The notes below the pieces were generated by a model. That model was not told the DNA's origin. It saw only the letters and a program-made list of their open reading frames with translations, and ran no database searches. A stretch of 64,000 nt of DNA, from NCBI GenBank assembly GCA_965215125.1, contig OZ244052.1:736001-800000 (forward strand), read 5' to 3'. This document shows positions 10,570-22,022 of this stretch, one piece after another. Both the position numbers and the translations under genes were made by a program. Position 1 is the first letter of the stretch. Each line of letters starts with the position of its first letter. This DNA comes from an uncultured candidatus Porisulfidus sp. (lineage in GTDB: Bacteria > Pseudomonadota > Gammaproteobacteria > Poriferisulfidales > Oxydemutatoraceae).

Positions 10570-11325
10570 TTATATTTTCACTCCCAAAATAATGCCCTTT
10601 TGGCGTAAATCGTGGAAAACTTTGGGAACATTTTCCAAAGCGACCCCTATATCATTAGGACAATGTTGCTTTGCGACAGCGATAACGGCATCTCGCCCGC
10701 TCGTGTCGGGGTGTTCGGATAAATAATCCAATAAAAGCACCACCATGGCATTTAATAGCATGTAGCGAACTTTATAGTCGGAATCTCGACAAACCGCTAA
10801 CCGATATATCTCGGAACCATGAGCGGCAGGTCTGTAGTCGGGGCTGATACGATGTACCGGCCATTGATAATCGTGCCATTGAGCCAGCGGTGATAATAAC
10901 GGTCTCCCTTCCATTAAATCGCCGTTTGAATCCACTATAGACATGTCGGCACTATCTTCGGCAAATGTCACTACGATTTCCACATACTCATAATGTGCTA
11001 ATTCATATAAATACGGAGGATCGCATCGGCGCGGCGTATGTTCCTTTTCTAAATAAAGAAGAAACTCTTTCGCAATGTCCATAAAATAAGGTGAATGACA
11101 TTGGTGATGTGCATAAAAAATACGCACCAATGTGTCCCAGTCGTCCTCTTTATAAAGGCTTTTCAATACCGGGAAACCGCGGGAGATAAAACCCGATATA
11201 TTTTTGAAAAACAGCTGCCTGTAGATGTCCAGACGACGATCTTCCAATCCTTCGGGAGGTGGGTGGTGCTTGGGATCTCGCAAATGATCTGCCAGCTGAC
11301 GTTGTACTTGCTTGAAGTCAACCAT
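10570..11325 (-). CDS. DUF2063 (HvfC/BufC-like) partner of an MNIO RiPP maturase
   Basis: QLADHLRDP, RRLDIYRQLFFKN, HSPYF, ELAHYE. Start placed at ATG 11325 because the longer ORF start (11361) lies inside a repeat. Confidence 0.85.
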   Translation of the reverse strand: MVDFKQVQRQLADHLRDPKHHPPPEGLEDRRLDIYRQLFFKNISGFISRGFPVLKSLYKEDDWDTLVRIFYAHHQCHSPYFMDIAKEFLLYLEKEHTPRRCDPPYLYELAHYEYVEIVVTFAEDSADMSIVDSNGDLMEGRPLLSPLAQWHDYQWPVHRISPDYRPAAHGSEIYRLAVCRDSDYKVRYMLLNAMVVLLLDYLSEHPDTSGRDAVIAVAKQHCPNDIGVALENVPKVFHDLRQKGIILGVKI

Positions 11326-11336
11326 TGTTAGCCCAA

Positions 11337-11610
11337 ACCACCCCGTGGAAAGGTTTTGCATTTTGTGATATGTGAAGACTCTGCATAGCGTTACGCCGAT
11401 TGACCTAAAGTACCGTTCTACACGACCATAACCGCTTGCGCCGTATGGTTTTGGTTTCCATAAATTGGATGAATGAATAAATAGTACAGATACGACACAA
11501 CCACCCCGTCAGGCTCCGCCTGCCACCCCTCCACAGGAGGGGAATGTACCGTCCCTAAAGTTCGTGGATACTTTTTCAACAGCCCCCTTCCACAAACACC
11601 CCGTCAGGCT
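11337..11610. repeat. Mosaic copy of the dispersed REP/MITE-like repeat, inside the MNIO operon
   Basis: Core accaccccgtcaggctccgcctgccacccctccacaggaggggaat at 11500-11545; 11430-11586 is a near reverse complement of about 38890-39047. Confidence 0.9.
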
Positions 11611-12437
11611 GTGCGTGCACCGTTCTGTATCGTGCGAATACGTGTCACTTCCGACAACAGACCGTCAAATCCGGAAAAATTGAAATCGCGCTCCAGCAAG
11701 GTAGGGATAACACCAAACAGCTTATATGTCTCGCCCAGTAGATTCCAGACATTCTCTATCACATCGGCACCGTGCGTATCGACGATCAGATCGGGAGCTT
11801 CGTTATAATGTCCGGCAATATGGCAATAAGCGATCCGTTCGGCAGGTAACTCTTTTATATATTGCTTCGGGTCAAATCCGAAATTGACGGAATTAACATA
11901 TACATTGTTGACATCCAGTAATAATTGACAATCGGATTTCTCTAATACCCGATTTATAAAATCGGTCTCACTCATCATCTTGGCAGGTGCTATATAAGCG
12001 GAGACATTTTCTATTGCGATGCGCCTCCCGAGAAAATCCTGAACCTCGCAGATACGATCGGCAACATAATCGGCTGCCTCGGGAGTAAATGGGATAGGCA
12101 TCAAGTCATAGAGATGGCCACCATCGGAACAATAACTCAAATGCTCGCTATAACAGCGCACCGAATATTGCTCTATGAAGTCTTTAACTCGTCCGAGAAA
12201 TTTTCTGTCGAGCGGGTCGGGGCTACCTAGAGATAACGACAACCCATGACAAACTAGAGGATATCGCTCGACTAGATACTCGAATTCCTCTTTGATTCGC
12301 CCGCCTATGCCGATCCAGTTTTCCGGCGCAGTCTCAAGGAAATCAATCGCCCCGGCATCGCTATTGTTTATTTCCTTAATGAGACTTCTACGCAGTCCCA
12401 ACCCGGCACCGGAAACCGAATACGAAGCGGCCGACAT
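11604..12437 (-). CDS. DUF692 multinuclear non-heme iron oxidase (MNIO, HvfB/BufB-like)
   Basis: GAGLGLRR, ETAPENW, HGLSLSLG, YSEHLSY, IENVSAY, LLDVNNVYVN, HIAGH, DTHG, LLERD. Confidence 0.95.
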   Translation of the reverse strand: MSAASYSVSGAGLGLRRSLIKEINNSDAGAIDFLETAPENWIGIGGRIKEEFEYLVERYPLVCHGLSLSLGSPDPLDRKFLGRVKDFIEQYSVRCYSEHLSYCSDGGHLYDLMPIPFTPEAADYVADRICEVQDFLGRRIAIENVSAYIAPAKMMSETDFINRVLEKSDCQLLLDVNNVYVNSVNFGFDPKQYIKELPAERIAYCHIAGHYNEAPDLIVDTHGADVIENVWNLLGETYKLFGVIPTLLERDFNFSGFDGLLSEVTRIRTIQNGARTA

Positions 12438-12440
12438 CTC

Positions 12441-12887
12441 TTATTTACGCATACGCGTAATAATATGATCTATGCTCAGCTTTCCTGGACCACTGAAAAA
12501 TAAAACCAGTAATATAATCAAATAGATCAGCGGCAACTTATAACCGTTATCGCAAACATTATAACCATTGCCCGCGTGCACACTGTACCAAGCGACTATA
12601 TCCAATATGATTAAAGTAAAGACCCAAAAACGCGTAGCCAAACCGATGGCTATGGCTATCGCCCCTAAAACCTCCGACCACGTTGCGAGAAACCAGCTGA
12701 TACTAGTAGGTATCACGTTAAACGGAAATGGAAAATCATTGACGATGCTGTCAAACCAATTACTTCCGTTCAGTTTCTGTTGACCCGCTTCCCAAAATTC
12801 CCATGCAATAAATAAGCGCAGTAGCAACATTGAGAGAAAATCACCGATAACGGAAAGTTTTGAATATAAATTATCTATAGCATTCAT
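12441..12887 (-). CDS. DoxX-family membrane protein (HvfX-like) of the MNIO cluster
   Basis: LRLFIAWEFWEAG, WF...FPFPF, GLATR, NGYKLPLIY, GPGKLSID; 3 bp upstream of DUF692. Confidence 0.88.
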   Translation of the reverse strand: MNAIDNLYSKLSVIGDFLSMLLLRLFIAWEFWEAGQQKLNGSNWFDSIVNDFPFPFNVIPTSISWFLATWSEVLGAIAIAIGLATRFWVFTLIILDIVAWYSVHAGNGYNVCDNGYKLPLIYLIILLVLFFSGPGKLSIDHIITRMRK

Positions 12888-13010
12888 AATCTATCCCCTA
12901 AGGTTGTAAAAGTCGTTGCATAGTATTATCCCACATTTTATGCATATTGGGCATTTTGTACGAGATAAATAGTATAAAATAGGAGTAATTACCCCTACAA
13001 GTATTGAAAA

Positions 13011-13775
13011 ATGTTGCTAGCCGAAGCCTATCTACGAGTTAAGAACCGCCATATTCTATACGATTATCAATTCCCCATAACTGCCGAGTGGTTTGACCCC
13101 AAAAAATTATCACGGATAGCCGAGCTTTCCGGTGAGAGCGAAGGCGGTCGCAACAAATCAATTTTCTTTAAGATAGACGGACGAGAATATATGCTCAAGC
13201 ATTATTACCGCGGCGGAATGGCAGCGCGCTGGCTCAAAGATCGTTATTTATATAGAGGACATCGTAAAGTCCATGTATTTAGAGAATGGCGGTTGATACA
13301 CCAAATGCAACGGTGGCATTTGCCGGTGCCTACGCCGTGTGCAGCTTCTTATATTCCTCAATTAATGCTCTACACCGCAGATATGATTTTAGGTAGTTGC
13401 AGACCGGCTAGACCCCTATCGTTTCTGTTGCGCGAACAAGATATCCAAGAGAAGCATTGGCGGCTAATCGGCAAAACGATACGACGCTTTCACAATAAAA
13501 ATGTTTTTCATGCCGACTTGAATGCCCATAACATTTTGCTGTTGCCGGAAAAAGATCAAGTTTTTTTAGTGGACTTTGACCGTAGCTTTATATGTAAAAC
13601 AAGAAACGCTTGGCAGCAAGCCAACCTCAACCGCCTAGAACGTTCATTCAGAAAGCTACATAAAAAGCACGGCGATGGTTTCCGTTATCGCAAGGATAAT
13701 TTTTCGGCTTTGGTAGATGGGTACCACGAAAACGCCTATTCCACTACATTCCCTCGCATCAACGGTGGTGGTTGA
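13011..13775 (+). CDS. kdkA: 3-deoxy-D-manno-octulosonic acid (Kdo) kinase
   Basis: LKHYYRGG, HADLNAHNILL, VDFD, NLNRLERS; adjacent to waaA. Confidence 0.92.
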   Translation: MLLAEAYLRVKNRHILYDYQFPITAEWFDPKKLSRIAELSGESEGGRNKSIFFKIDGREYMLKHYYRGGMAARWLKDRYLYRGHRKVHVFREWRLIHQMQRWHLPVPTPCAASYIPQLMLYTADMILGSCRPARPLSFLLREQDIQEKHWRLIGKTIRRFHNKNVFHADLNAHNILLLPEKDQVFLVDFDRSFICKTRNAWQQANLNRLERSFRKLHKKHGDGFRYRKDNFSALVDGYHENAYSTTFPRINGGG

Positions 13776-14998
13776 AAATCCAGCGATTCTAGCTCCGCAA
13801 TATAACGATGGGCAATATCCGCATATCGGCTTAAATAATTTTTCGCCGCTAAGGCATTTTTCTCGTAGTAATCGGGTTGTTTAATGACTTTTCCAAAAAT
13901 ATCCACTAAGGCTTGTGCATCATCTATGATGATAAGCCCACCCATTTCGTTTAGTGCTTGCGCCTCTTCAATTATGTTATCTAAATAAAAACCGGTAACT
14001 TGAGGCGTACCGAGCATCGCGGCCTCCAATATGTTATGTCCACCTTTATTAACCAATGATCCACCCAAGAAAACCAATCGGGCGTGTTTAATCAGTTGGG
14101 GAAGTTGTCCTATTCGGTTGTATAAGATGACATCGTCATCGCCGACCGCCGTATCCGGATGATAATAGTCCGCACGAATATTGTTGCGCTGCAAAGCGTT
14201 TAGTATTTTCTCCGCCCGTCGAGGATGGCGTGGCGCAATCACCAACACAAAGTTTCTTTTTTCTATTCGTTGCCATACTCCGACGATTTGTAATTCTTCG
14301 TCGTCGTGCGTAGAGGCGGCAAGGATATAAGGCCGGTTAATCAAATCCGGTAATTGTTCGTCAAAACTCGCTGCGTATTTAAGGTTGCCCAGTGTTTTAA
14401 TTTTCCACGGCGGTGCGCCCGCTTGTATATAAGTTTCTCTATCGCGTTCGGATTTCGCATAGACCGCTTTTAAGGGTGTCATGCTCTGCTCGTAATAACG
14501 ACGCACCCACACATTTGCATTCACAGTACGCTCGGACAAGCGCGCATTGATAATCACGGTCGGGATACGAAGTTCGGCACAACGGTGGAACAGATGGAAC
14601 CAGACTTCGGTCTCCATAATGAGTGCCGCCCGCGGCCGAAGTGTTTTCAAAAAATGTTTTACCGGGAATATGTAATCTAACGGCAGGTAGCAATGTTGCA
14701 TCCGATGCCGGGCTTTGGACTCGAATACTCGGGCGGAACTAATCGTAGTCGTCGTGACGAGTAGACGATCTTCGGGATATTTGGCGAGCCATTGCTCGAG
14801 CAGAAGCAATGCGGTGTTAAGCTCTCCGACCGAGGCGCAATGTATCCATAACGGTCGCTCGCGCAAAGCCGGTAGACACATGCCGAAACGTTGCAATATA
14901 TAACGGAAGCTACGGTATCTAATCCCTACGATAACCGTATAAAGCAATAGTAGCGGAAAGATTGTCCACAATAAAAGCCGATAGACTACGGCAATCAT
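13736..14998 (-). CDS. waaA: Kdo transferase
   Basis: WIHCASVGE, ETEVW, NARLS, GNLKY, ASTH, APRHP, GGHNILE. Confidence 0.96.
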   Translation of the reverse strand: MIAVVYRLLLWTIFPLLLLYTVIVGIRYRSFRYILQRFGMCLPALRERPLWIHCASVGELNTALLLLEQWLAKYPEDRLLVTTTTISSARVFESKARHRMQHCYLPLDYIFPVKHFLKTLRPRAALIMETEVWFHLFHRCAELRIPTVIINARLSERTVNANVWVRRYYEQSMTPLKAVYAKSERDRETYIQAGAPPWKIKTLGNLKYAASFDEQLPDLINRPYILAASTHDDEELQIVGVWQRIEKRNFVLVIAPRHPRRAEKILNALQRNNIRADYYHPDTAVGDDDVILYNRIGQLPQLIKHARLVFLGGSLVNKGGHNILEAAMLGTPQVTGFYLDNIIEEAQALNEMGGLIIIDDAQALVDIFGKVIKQPDYYEKNALAAKNYLSRYADIAHRYIAELESLDFQPPPLMRGNVVE

Positions 14999-15025
14999 TC
15001 GGCTATGGTTTATTGCTTGCCGGCT

Positions 15026-16426
15026 TTAGCGCAACCATCGATCGATTTGTTGTATATCTTCTTCGGACAGTATGCCTGCCACCTTTTTTAGACTAATCGT
15101 ATCGATGATGTAGCGATGACGCGCCATCATGTAATCTCGTTTTGCCGCAAATAAATCCTCTACCGCAAGCAATACATCAACCGAAGAGCGCGTGCCTACG
15201 CTAAATCCGATTTCATTCGCCTCGTAAGCACTTTGCGCCGAATCAACAGCCCGCTTCAACGCTTGAGTCCTGCTGACACTCGCCAGCACATTCAAATACG
15301 ATTCTTGTGCCTGTTGTTTGACGGTGCGATGTGTCTCTTCCAGTTGCTTTTGGCTTTCTAGCGCGAACTGCGAGGCTTGTTTCACTCTATAGTGGGTCTC
15401 ACCGCCTGCAAACAGCGGGATTTGCAGCTCCAATCCTAACTCAGTGCCTCGTATTGTCCTCTCGCTCGGCGCATTTCCCATTACTTCATTTTCGTTGCGG
15501 CGCGCATACGCCCCCAGTGTCGGAAAGTGGTCGGCACGCTGCCGCCTCACCTCGTCCTTGGCGATATTGGTGGTTAATTTTTGGGCAAGTAGTTGCGGAT
15601 TTTGCTCGCCGGAAGTCTTAACCCAAACATCTATGTTTTGAGGTTCGGGATATACAATCGGCGCGTCTTCGGATAAGGCTCTCAACGCAGAGATATTTTC
15701 GTTGACGATGATTTGCAACTTAGACAGATTAACCGATAATTCGGTCTCGTTGGATATTTCGTCGGCAATCGTGAGATCGTAAGAGGCTTCGGCTTCTTTG
15801 ACATCGGTTATCGTCGCAAGCCCGACCTCGAAGCGGGCGCGCGCCTGATCCAGTTGCCGTTCTACCGCTTCTTTTTGCGCACGCGTAAATTCCAGCTGGG
15901 TTTGTGAATCTAATACCATAAAATACGCTGCTGCAACACGCTCCAGTAAATCGTGTTCTGCCGATTGCAATTCAAGCTGCGCGCGCTGCGCCATAGAACG
16001 AGATTGGGCTAGTTCTACATAGTGCTTTTTGTTAAATATGGACTGCTCGAGCGATAATGCCATGTTGCGCGTTTGATAGTCGCAATTAGGAGGACACGGT
16101 CCTGTCCGATCAGAGAAGACAGGCCCTCTGATTTTCTCATCGTTAGTCTCCGTACGATTTGCTCTGAACGAAATTTGCGGTAATAATCGGGCACGGTTGA
16201 TCAACGGTTCTAAAATATTCGCCTCATAATTGGCCAGACTTGCCTGATAACGCATGTCGTTTTTTGTTGCCATTCGGTACAGTTCCGAAATGCCGCGTTT
16301 TTCCGAAGCACGCACGGTTTCGAATTGATCAATGTCTTGCGCATTGACAACGGCGGTTAAGCAGAAAACTACAAAGAGTAAGCCGATTAAATATGTGAAT
16401 GTCAAATTGTTGTTATCTTTGTGCAT
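15026..16426 (-). CDS. tolC: TolC-family outer membrane channel
   Basis: Signal peptide, ARLLPQI, RFEVGLATITDV, GTRSSVDVL; rhodanese-tolC-waaA synteny. Confidence 0.9.
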   Translation of the reverse strand: MHKDNNNLTFTYLIGLLFVVFCLTAVVNAQDIDQFETVRASEKRGISELYRMATKNDMRYQASLANYEANILEPLINRARLLPQISFRANRTETNDEKIRGPVFSDRTGPCPPNCDYQTRNMALSLEQSIFNKKHYVELAQSRSMAQRAQLELQSAEHDLLERVAAAYFMVLDSQTQLEFTRAQKEAVERQLDQARARFEVGLATITDVKEAEASYDLTIADEISNETELSVNLSKLQIIVNENISALRALSEDAPIVYPEPQNIDVWVKTSGEQNPQLLAQKLTTNIAKDEVRRQRADHFPTLGAYARRNENEVMGNAPSERTIRGTELGLELQIPLFAGGETHYRVKQASQFALESQKQLEETHRTVKQQAQESYLNVLASVSRTQALKRAVDSAQSAYEANEIGFSVGTRSSVDVLLAVEDLFAAKRDYMMARHRYIIDTISLKKVAGILSEEDIQQIDRWLR

Positions 16427-16455
16427 CTATTCTGTTCTATTTGTAGGTTAATCTC

Positions 16456-16779
16456 TCAATCATAGGTCGGCATGCTGGGGTCTACATCTTTAGCCCACGC
16501 ATCTATGCCGCCTTTGAGGTTGATTACTTTTTTGAATCCATGCTTCTCCATATACAATGCTGCCGCACGACTGCGTATGCCGTGATGACAAATGACGACT
16601 ATTTCGGCATCTCGATTTAATTTACCTATCTGTTCCGACAGCTCCGACATCGGTATCAACTCGGAATCGGGCAAATGCACGATATCGTATTCCCACTGCT
16701 CGCGTACATCTATCAATACGGGCGGATCGTTTGCTGCGCCGATATAAGTTTTCAGTTCTTTAGGATATAGTTCGTTCAT
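16456..16779 (-). CDS. Single-domain rhodanese/sulfurtransferase
   Basis: LIDVRE, ICHHGIRS, NLKGGIDAW. Confidence 0.92.
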   Translation of the reverse strand: MNELYPKELKTYIGAANDPPVLIDVREQWEYDIVHLPDSELIPMSELSEQIGKLNRDAEIVVICHHGIRSRAAALYMEKHGFKKVINLKGGIDAWAKDVDPSMPTYD

Positions 16780-16858
16780 AAATTAAAGAGTATATTTTAA
16801 CCACAAATTAATAAATCAATACGATGTTTATTCAACCACAATGTAAGCTACAAAATGT

Positions 16859-17052
16859 GGGGACGGATCATTCCCCTCCTGTGGAGGGGTGGCAGGCGCA
16901 GCCTGACGGGGTGGTTGTGTCGTATCTGCACTATTCTATACATTCATTCATCCAATTTATGGAAACCAAAACCAAATGGCACAAGCGTTTGCTGTTATTC
17001 CGAAGGGCGAACATCAGAATTGCCGATTGACCCACCGGTTCAATCGGCGATT
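16859..17052. repeat. Copy of the dispersed repeat (reverse orientation) ending in a GCCGATTGA/TCAATCGGC hairpin next to the thiC stop
   Basis: attcccctcctgtggaggggtggcaggcgcagcctgacggggtggt at 16870-16915; near-identical to about 38920-39070. Confidence 0.9.
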
Positions 17053-18924
<1,872 letters not shown>

Positions 18925-18984
18925 TTAATGCTTATCTATGTGCAAGATATAGGCTTAGACATTTCAATCTATGAGGGCAAACCC

Positions 18985-19270
18985 AACCGCTTGCGCCATC
19001 ATTACGGTTTCCGCAAATTGGATGAATGTATACATAAATAGTACAGGCACAGCGGGGCTGTTGAAAAAATACCGTTTTGCACGATCGTAACCGCTTGCAC
19101 CAACAAATAATGGTTTCCATAATATTAATGGGTGAACGCGTTAATCGTGCAAACATGATACGTTACGGGCGGGCATACAAGTCCGCCCCTACAACTTTAT
19201 GAAATACTTTTTCAACAGTCCCACGCCACAACCACCCCGTCAGGCTACGCTCTCCACAGGAAGGGATGTA
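18985..19270. repeat. Mosaic repeat cluster including a ~169-bp MITE-like unit (19054-19222) and a GTAG-type REP (19167-19192)
   Basis: Inverted ends ggggctgttgaaaaaata (19054-19071) and tactttttcaacagtccc (19205-19222), 16/18 match; internal gggcgggcatacaagtccgcccctac; degenerate core module at 19231-19270. Confidence 0.85.
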
Positions 19271-21152
19271 TATGGAACTAATTTATAAAACCATAATGCT
19301 TGCCGTTTCGGTATTCGTGACACCGGCGGTAGCCGATGAAATACCGACCGAGGTGATGGTTGTTACTGCGAAAAGATTGCCTACCGACACCGACCGCCTG
19401 AGCGGTAGCATGAGTGTGATTACTGCCGAGCAAATAGAACGCCGACACTATCGAGTACTCGGCGATGCCTTGCGCGATATTCCCGGTTTAGCGGCACCTG
19501 CGTCGGGCGGTGTAGGCGCGCAAACTTCGGTCTTCATACGCGGCACCGAATCCGACCATGTTCTAATCCTGATAGACGGTGTAGAAGTGACCGACCCTTC
19601 GGCAGGTAATCGCTACGAGTTCTCGCAGCTTTCGTTGAACGGCGTGGCACGCATAGAAGTGCTACGCGGTAATTATAGTGCCGAATACGGCTCCGAAGCA
19701 CTCGGCGGCATCGTCAATATCATCACCCGAACACCGACTCGGAACGACATCTACGCTCAAGTTGAAACAGGTTCTTTTGATAGACATTCTGCAACGATTG
19801 ATATAGATGCAGTTTATAAATCATTGGATCTTTCATTAAGCGGCAGATATTTTGAAACCGCCGGGGAAAGTTTCACGCCTGCCCGCATACGACGGCGCAA
19901 TGACTGCACAATTCAATATGAAGAACGCGACGGCTATAAAAACGGCAATGTCAAAGTCAACGCAGGCTTATTGCTGATCCCCGAAACCGATACCAAACTG
20001 ACGATAAAATCCGAATATAGTCAAGCCGACTTGGAATACGACAGCGATAACTGCGAAAACCCGGAATCCGAACAATCGTCTTATACAAAACGCACGACAT
20101 TCGCCCTCTCGGGAAATTATTTTGACGGGATATGGAGTCCGACATGGCGCATGGATTATTACCGACGCGATAGCCGCGACACGGCAAGTCCCCAAAATAA
20201 AGGCGAGCGTTTCAAGCTCAACTGGCACAATGTATGGCAGCCACACTCGAACTTGGATATGGCATTCGGTGTAGAAACCGAACTGGAACAAGCACACACC
20301 GCCGGAGACTTTGACGCAAGCGCACGCACCGATGCATTCTATACCGAACTGCGCTATACACCGACACCCGACTGGCATTTGAATGTGGGTTGGCGCAACG
20401 ACGACTCCGACGACTTCGCAAGCGAGCGTAGCTATCAATTAGGCACGGTGCTACATGCAAACCTGAATACACGTTTGCATCTCAATTATGCAACCGCTTT
20501 TAGGGCACCTTCGCTGATAGATCGTTTTAGAGATTTCCCGACGTTTAATTTTTTTGCAAACCCAAACTTGAAACCCGAAACTAGCCGCAGTTGGGAAGCA
20601 GGTATAGAACAAAACTGGCTACGATGGCGGTATGGTTTCACATATTTCAATAGCAAAATCAATGATTTAATCACATTCACCTTTGATCCTAGCGATTTCA
20701 CATCAACGCTTCTCAATCAAGATCAAACGCGTATAGACGGATTAGAAAGCTTTATCGCATTCCACGCCGATAAAACGCTCACCGCACGGCTGGATTACAC
20801 ACAAACCAGTGCCCACGATCAATCTAATCAAAGACTACTTAGAAGACCACTGCGTCAAGCTATTTTATCTATAGACTACAACCCCGACGAAGGCATGCTG
20901 TCGGGTTGGTCTTTTGATATCACTTTGAACTACCGTGGACCGCAACGCGATGTGGAAAGAGTACCTTCCCCACCCTTTGAACCTATAAACAAAGGCGGTT
21001 ATACGCTCACCGACTTGAAGCTAAACTATACAATCAACGATCACCTGAAACTCTACGGCGGCATCAACAACCTATTCGATAAATCGCACGAACCTATAGA
21101 CGGCTACCAAGGCACCGGCATAAACGCACATGTCGGGTTATCGCTGAGATAA
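19266..21152 (+). CDS. TonB-dependent receptor, BtuB-like (substrate not certain)
   Basis: MVVTAKR TonB box region, SVFIRGTESDHVLILIDG, RIEVLRG...YGSEALGG, NPNLKPE, GINNLFDK. Confidence 0.85.
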   Translation: MYMELIYKTIMLAVSVFVTPAVADEIPTEVMVVTAKRLPTDTDRLSGSMSVITAEQIERRHYRVLGDALRDIPGLAAPASGGVGAQTSVFIRGTESDHVLILIDGVEVTDPSAGNRYEFSQLSLNGVARIEVLRGNYSAEYGSEALGGIVNIITRTPTRNDIYAQVETGSFDRHSATIDIDAVYKSLDLSLSGRYFETAGESFTPARIRRRNDCTIQYEERDGYKNGNVKVNAGLLLIPETDTKLTIKSEYSQADLEYDSDNCENPESEQSSYTKRTTFALSGNYFDGIWSPTWRMDYYRRDSRDTASPQNKGERFKLNWHNVWQPHSNLDMAFGVETELEQAHTAGDFDASARTDAFYTELRYTPTPDWHLNVGWRNDDSDDFASERSYQLGTVLHANLNTRLHLNYATAFRAPSLIDRFRDFPTFNFFANPNLKPETSRSWEAGIEQNWLRWRYGFTYFNSKINDLITFTFDPSDFTSTLLNQDQTRIDGLESFIAFHADKTLTARLDYTQTSAHDQSNQRLLRRPLRQAILSIDYNPDEGMLSGWSFDITLNYRGPQRDVERVPSPPFEPINKGGYTLTDLKLNYTINDHLKLYGGINNLFDKSHEPIDGYQGTGINAHVGLSLR

Positions 21153-21180
21153 CGACGCAAACCATCCACAGGTACAGACC

Positions 21181-21383
21181 ATTCCCCTCCTTTGGAGGGG
21201 TGGCAGGCGCAATAGAACCGCCGATTGAACCAGTAGGTCAATCGGCGTCACATTGTGCAGAACCCTAACATATATGCAAAATGTAAAGCCTTTCCATGGG
21301 GTGGTTGTAAATAGGGGTATACGATTTTAACTGCTTGTGTCACATAATTACGCAAACCACCGGTAGGGGCAAGCGATTGTCCC
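21181..21383. repeat. Repeat copy with an internal ~75-bp hairpin insertion, followed by a short GTAG-REP (21363-21383)
   Basis: attcccctcctttggaggggtggcaggcgca[insert with gccgattga/tcaatcggc]gcctttccatggggtggt; reverse complement of 24931-25056. Confidence 0.85.
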
Positions 21384-21456
21384 ACTATGTTATAATCAGT
21401 TTCTCTTATAAATTAAATTATACAAATACTTTGATAATAAACATTCTATATCTAAT

Positions 21457-21942
21457 ATGAAAGACAGTGAGTTTATAAATTATTTTATGGCTGTGCTAGG
21501 CGTACTGATTGCAATTACTGCAATTCTACTGGTGCTGGCTAACAACTTAGCCTCTCGACAACAAACAATGGATGTCGCAATGCTCGAGCGCACTAAAGAG
21601 CGCATTGCACCCATAGGTCAAGTTAATATAGGGAGCGTTCCCACACCAAAGGCATCTGAGACCGATGCCGGGGGCAAAGCCACAGCGGTTGCTTTTAGTC
21701 CCGAAGGTGTTTATCAATCGGTATGTCATACTTGCCATGGCACGGGTGTGCTGGAGTCGCCGCGTATAGACGACGCAGCCGAATGGAAAAAACGTTTAGC
21801 GGCAGGCTTGGACACCGTCTACCAGAAAGCGATACAAGGGGTCGGCAATATGCCTGCTAAAGGTGGGCGTACCGATCTCTCGGATCAAAACTTCAAAAAA
21901 ATTGTAGATTACATGCTGACGCAAGCCGGCGTCTCTCCCTAA
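21457..21942 (+). CDS. Membrane-anchored cytochrome c5
   Basis: N-terminal TM helix, ERIAPIGQV, CHTCH heme motif, MPAKGG. Confidence 0.93.
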   Translation: MKDSEFINYFMAVLGVLIAITAILLVLANNLASRQQTMDVAMLERTKERIAPIGQVNIGSVPTPKASETDAGGKATAVAFSPEGVYQSVCHTCHGTGVLESPRIDDAAEWKKRLAAGLDTVYQKAIQGVGNMPAKGGRTDLSDQNFKKIVDYMLTQAGVSP

Positions 21943-22022
21943 ACATTAAAAAGCAAGGAAATATAAAGAGAGATATCACAACCATAAATATCAACAAAAA
22001 AGAACAAAAGAGGGTTAATTAG

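Noticed and set aside
19231-19270. ccacaggaaggga as a cobalamin riboswitch B12 box
   Set aside because: It aligns with a deleted module B, and the other riboswitch elements are not visible.
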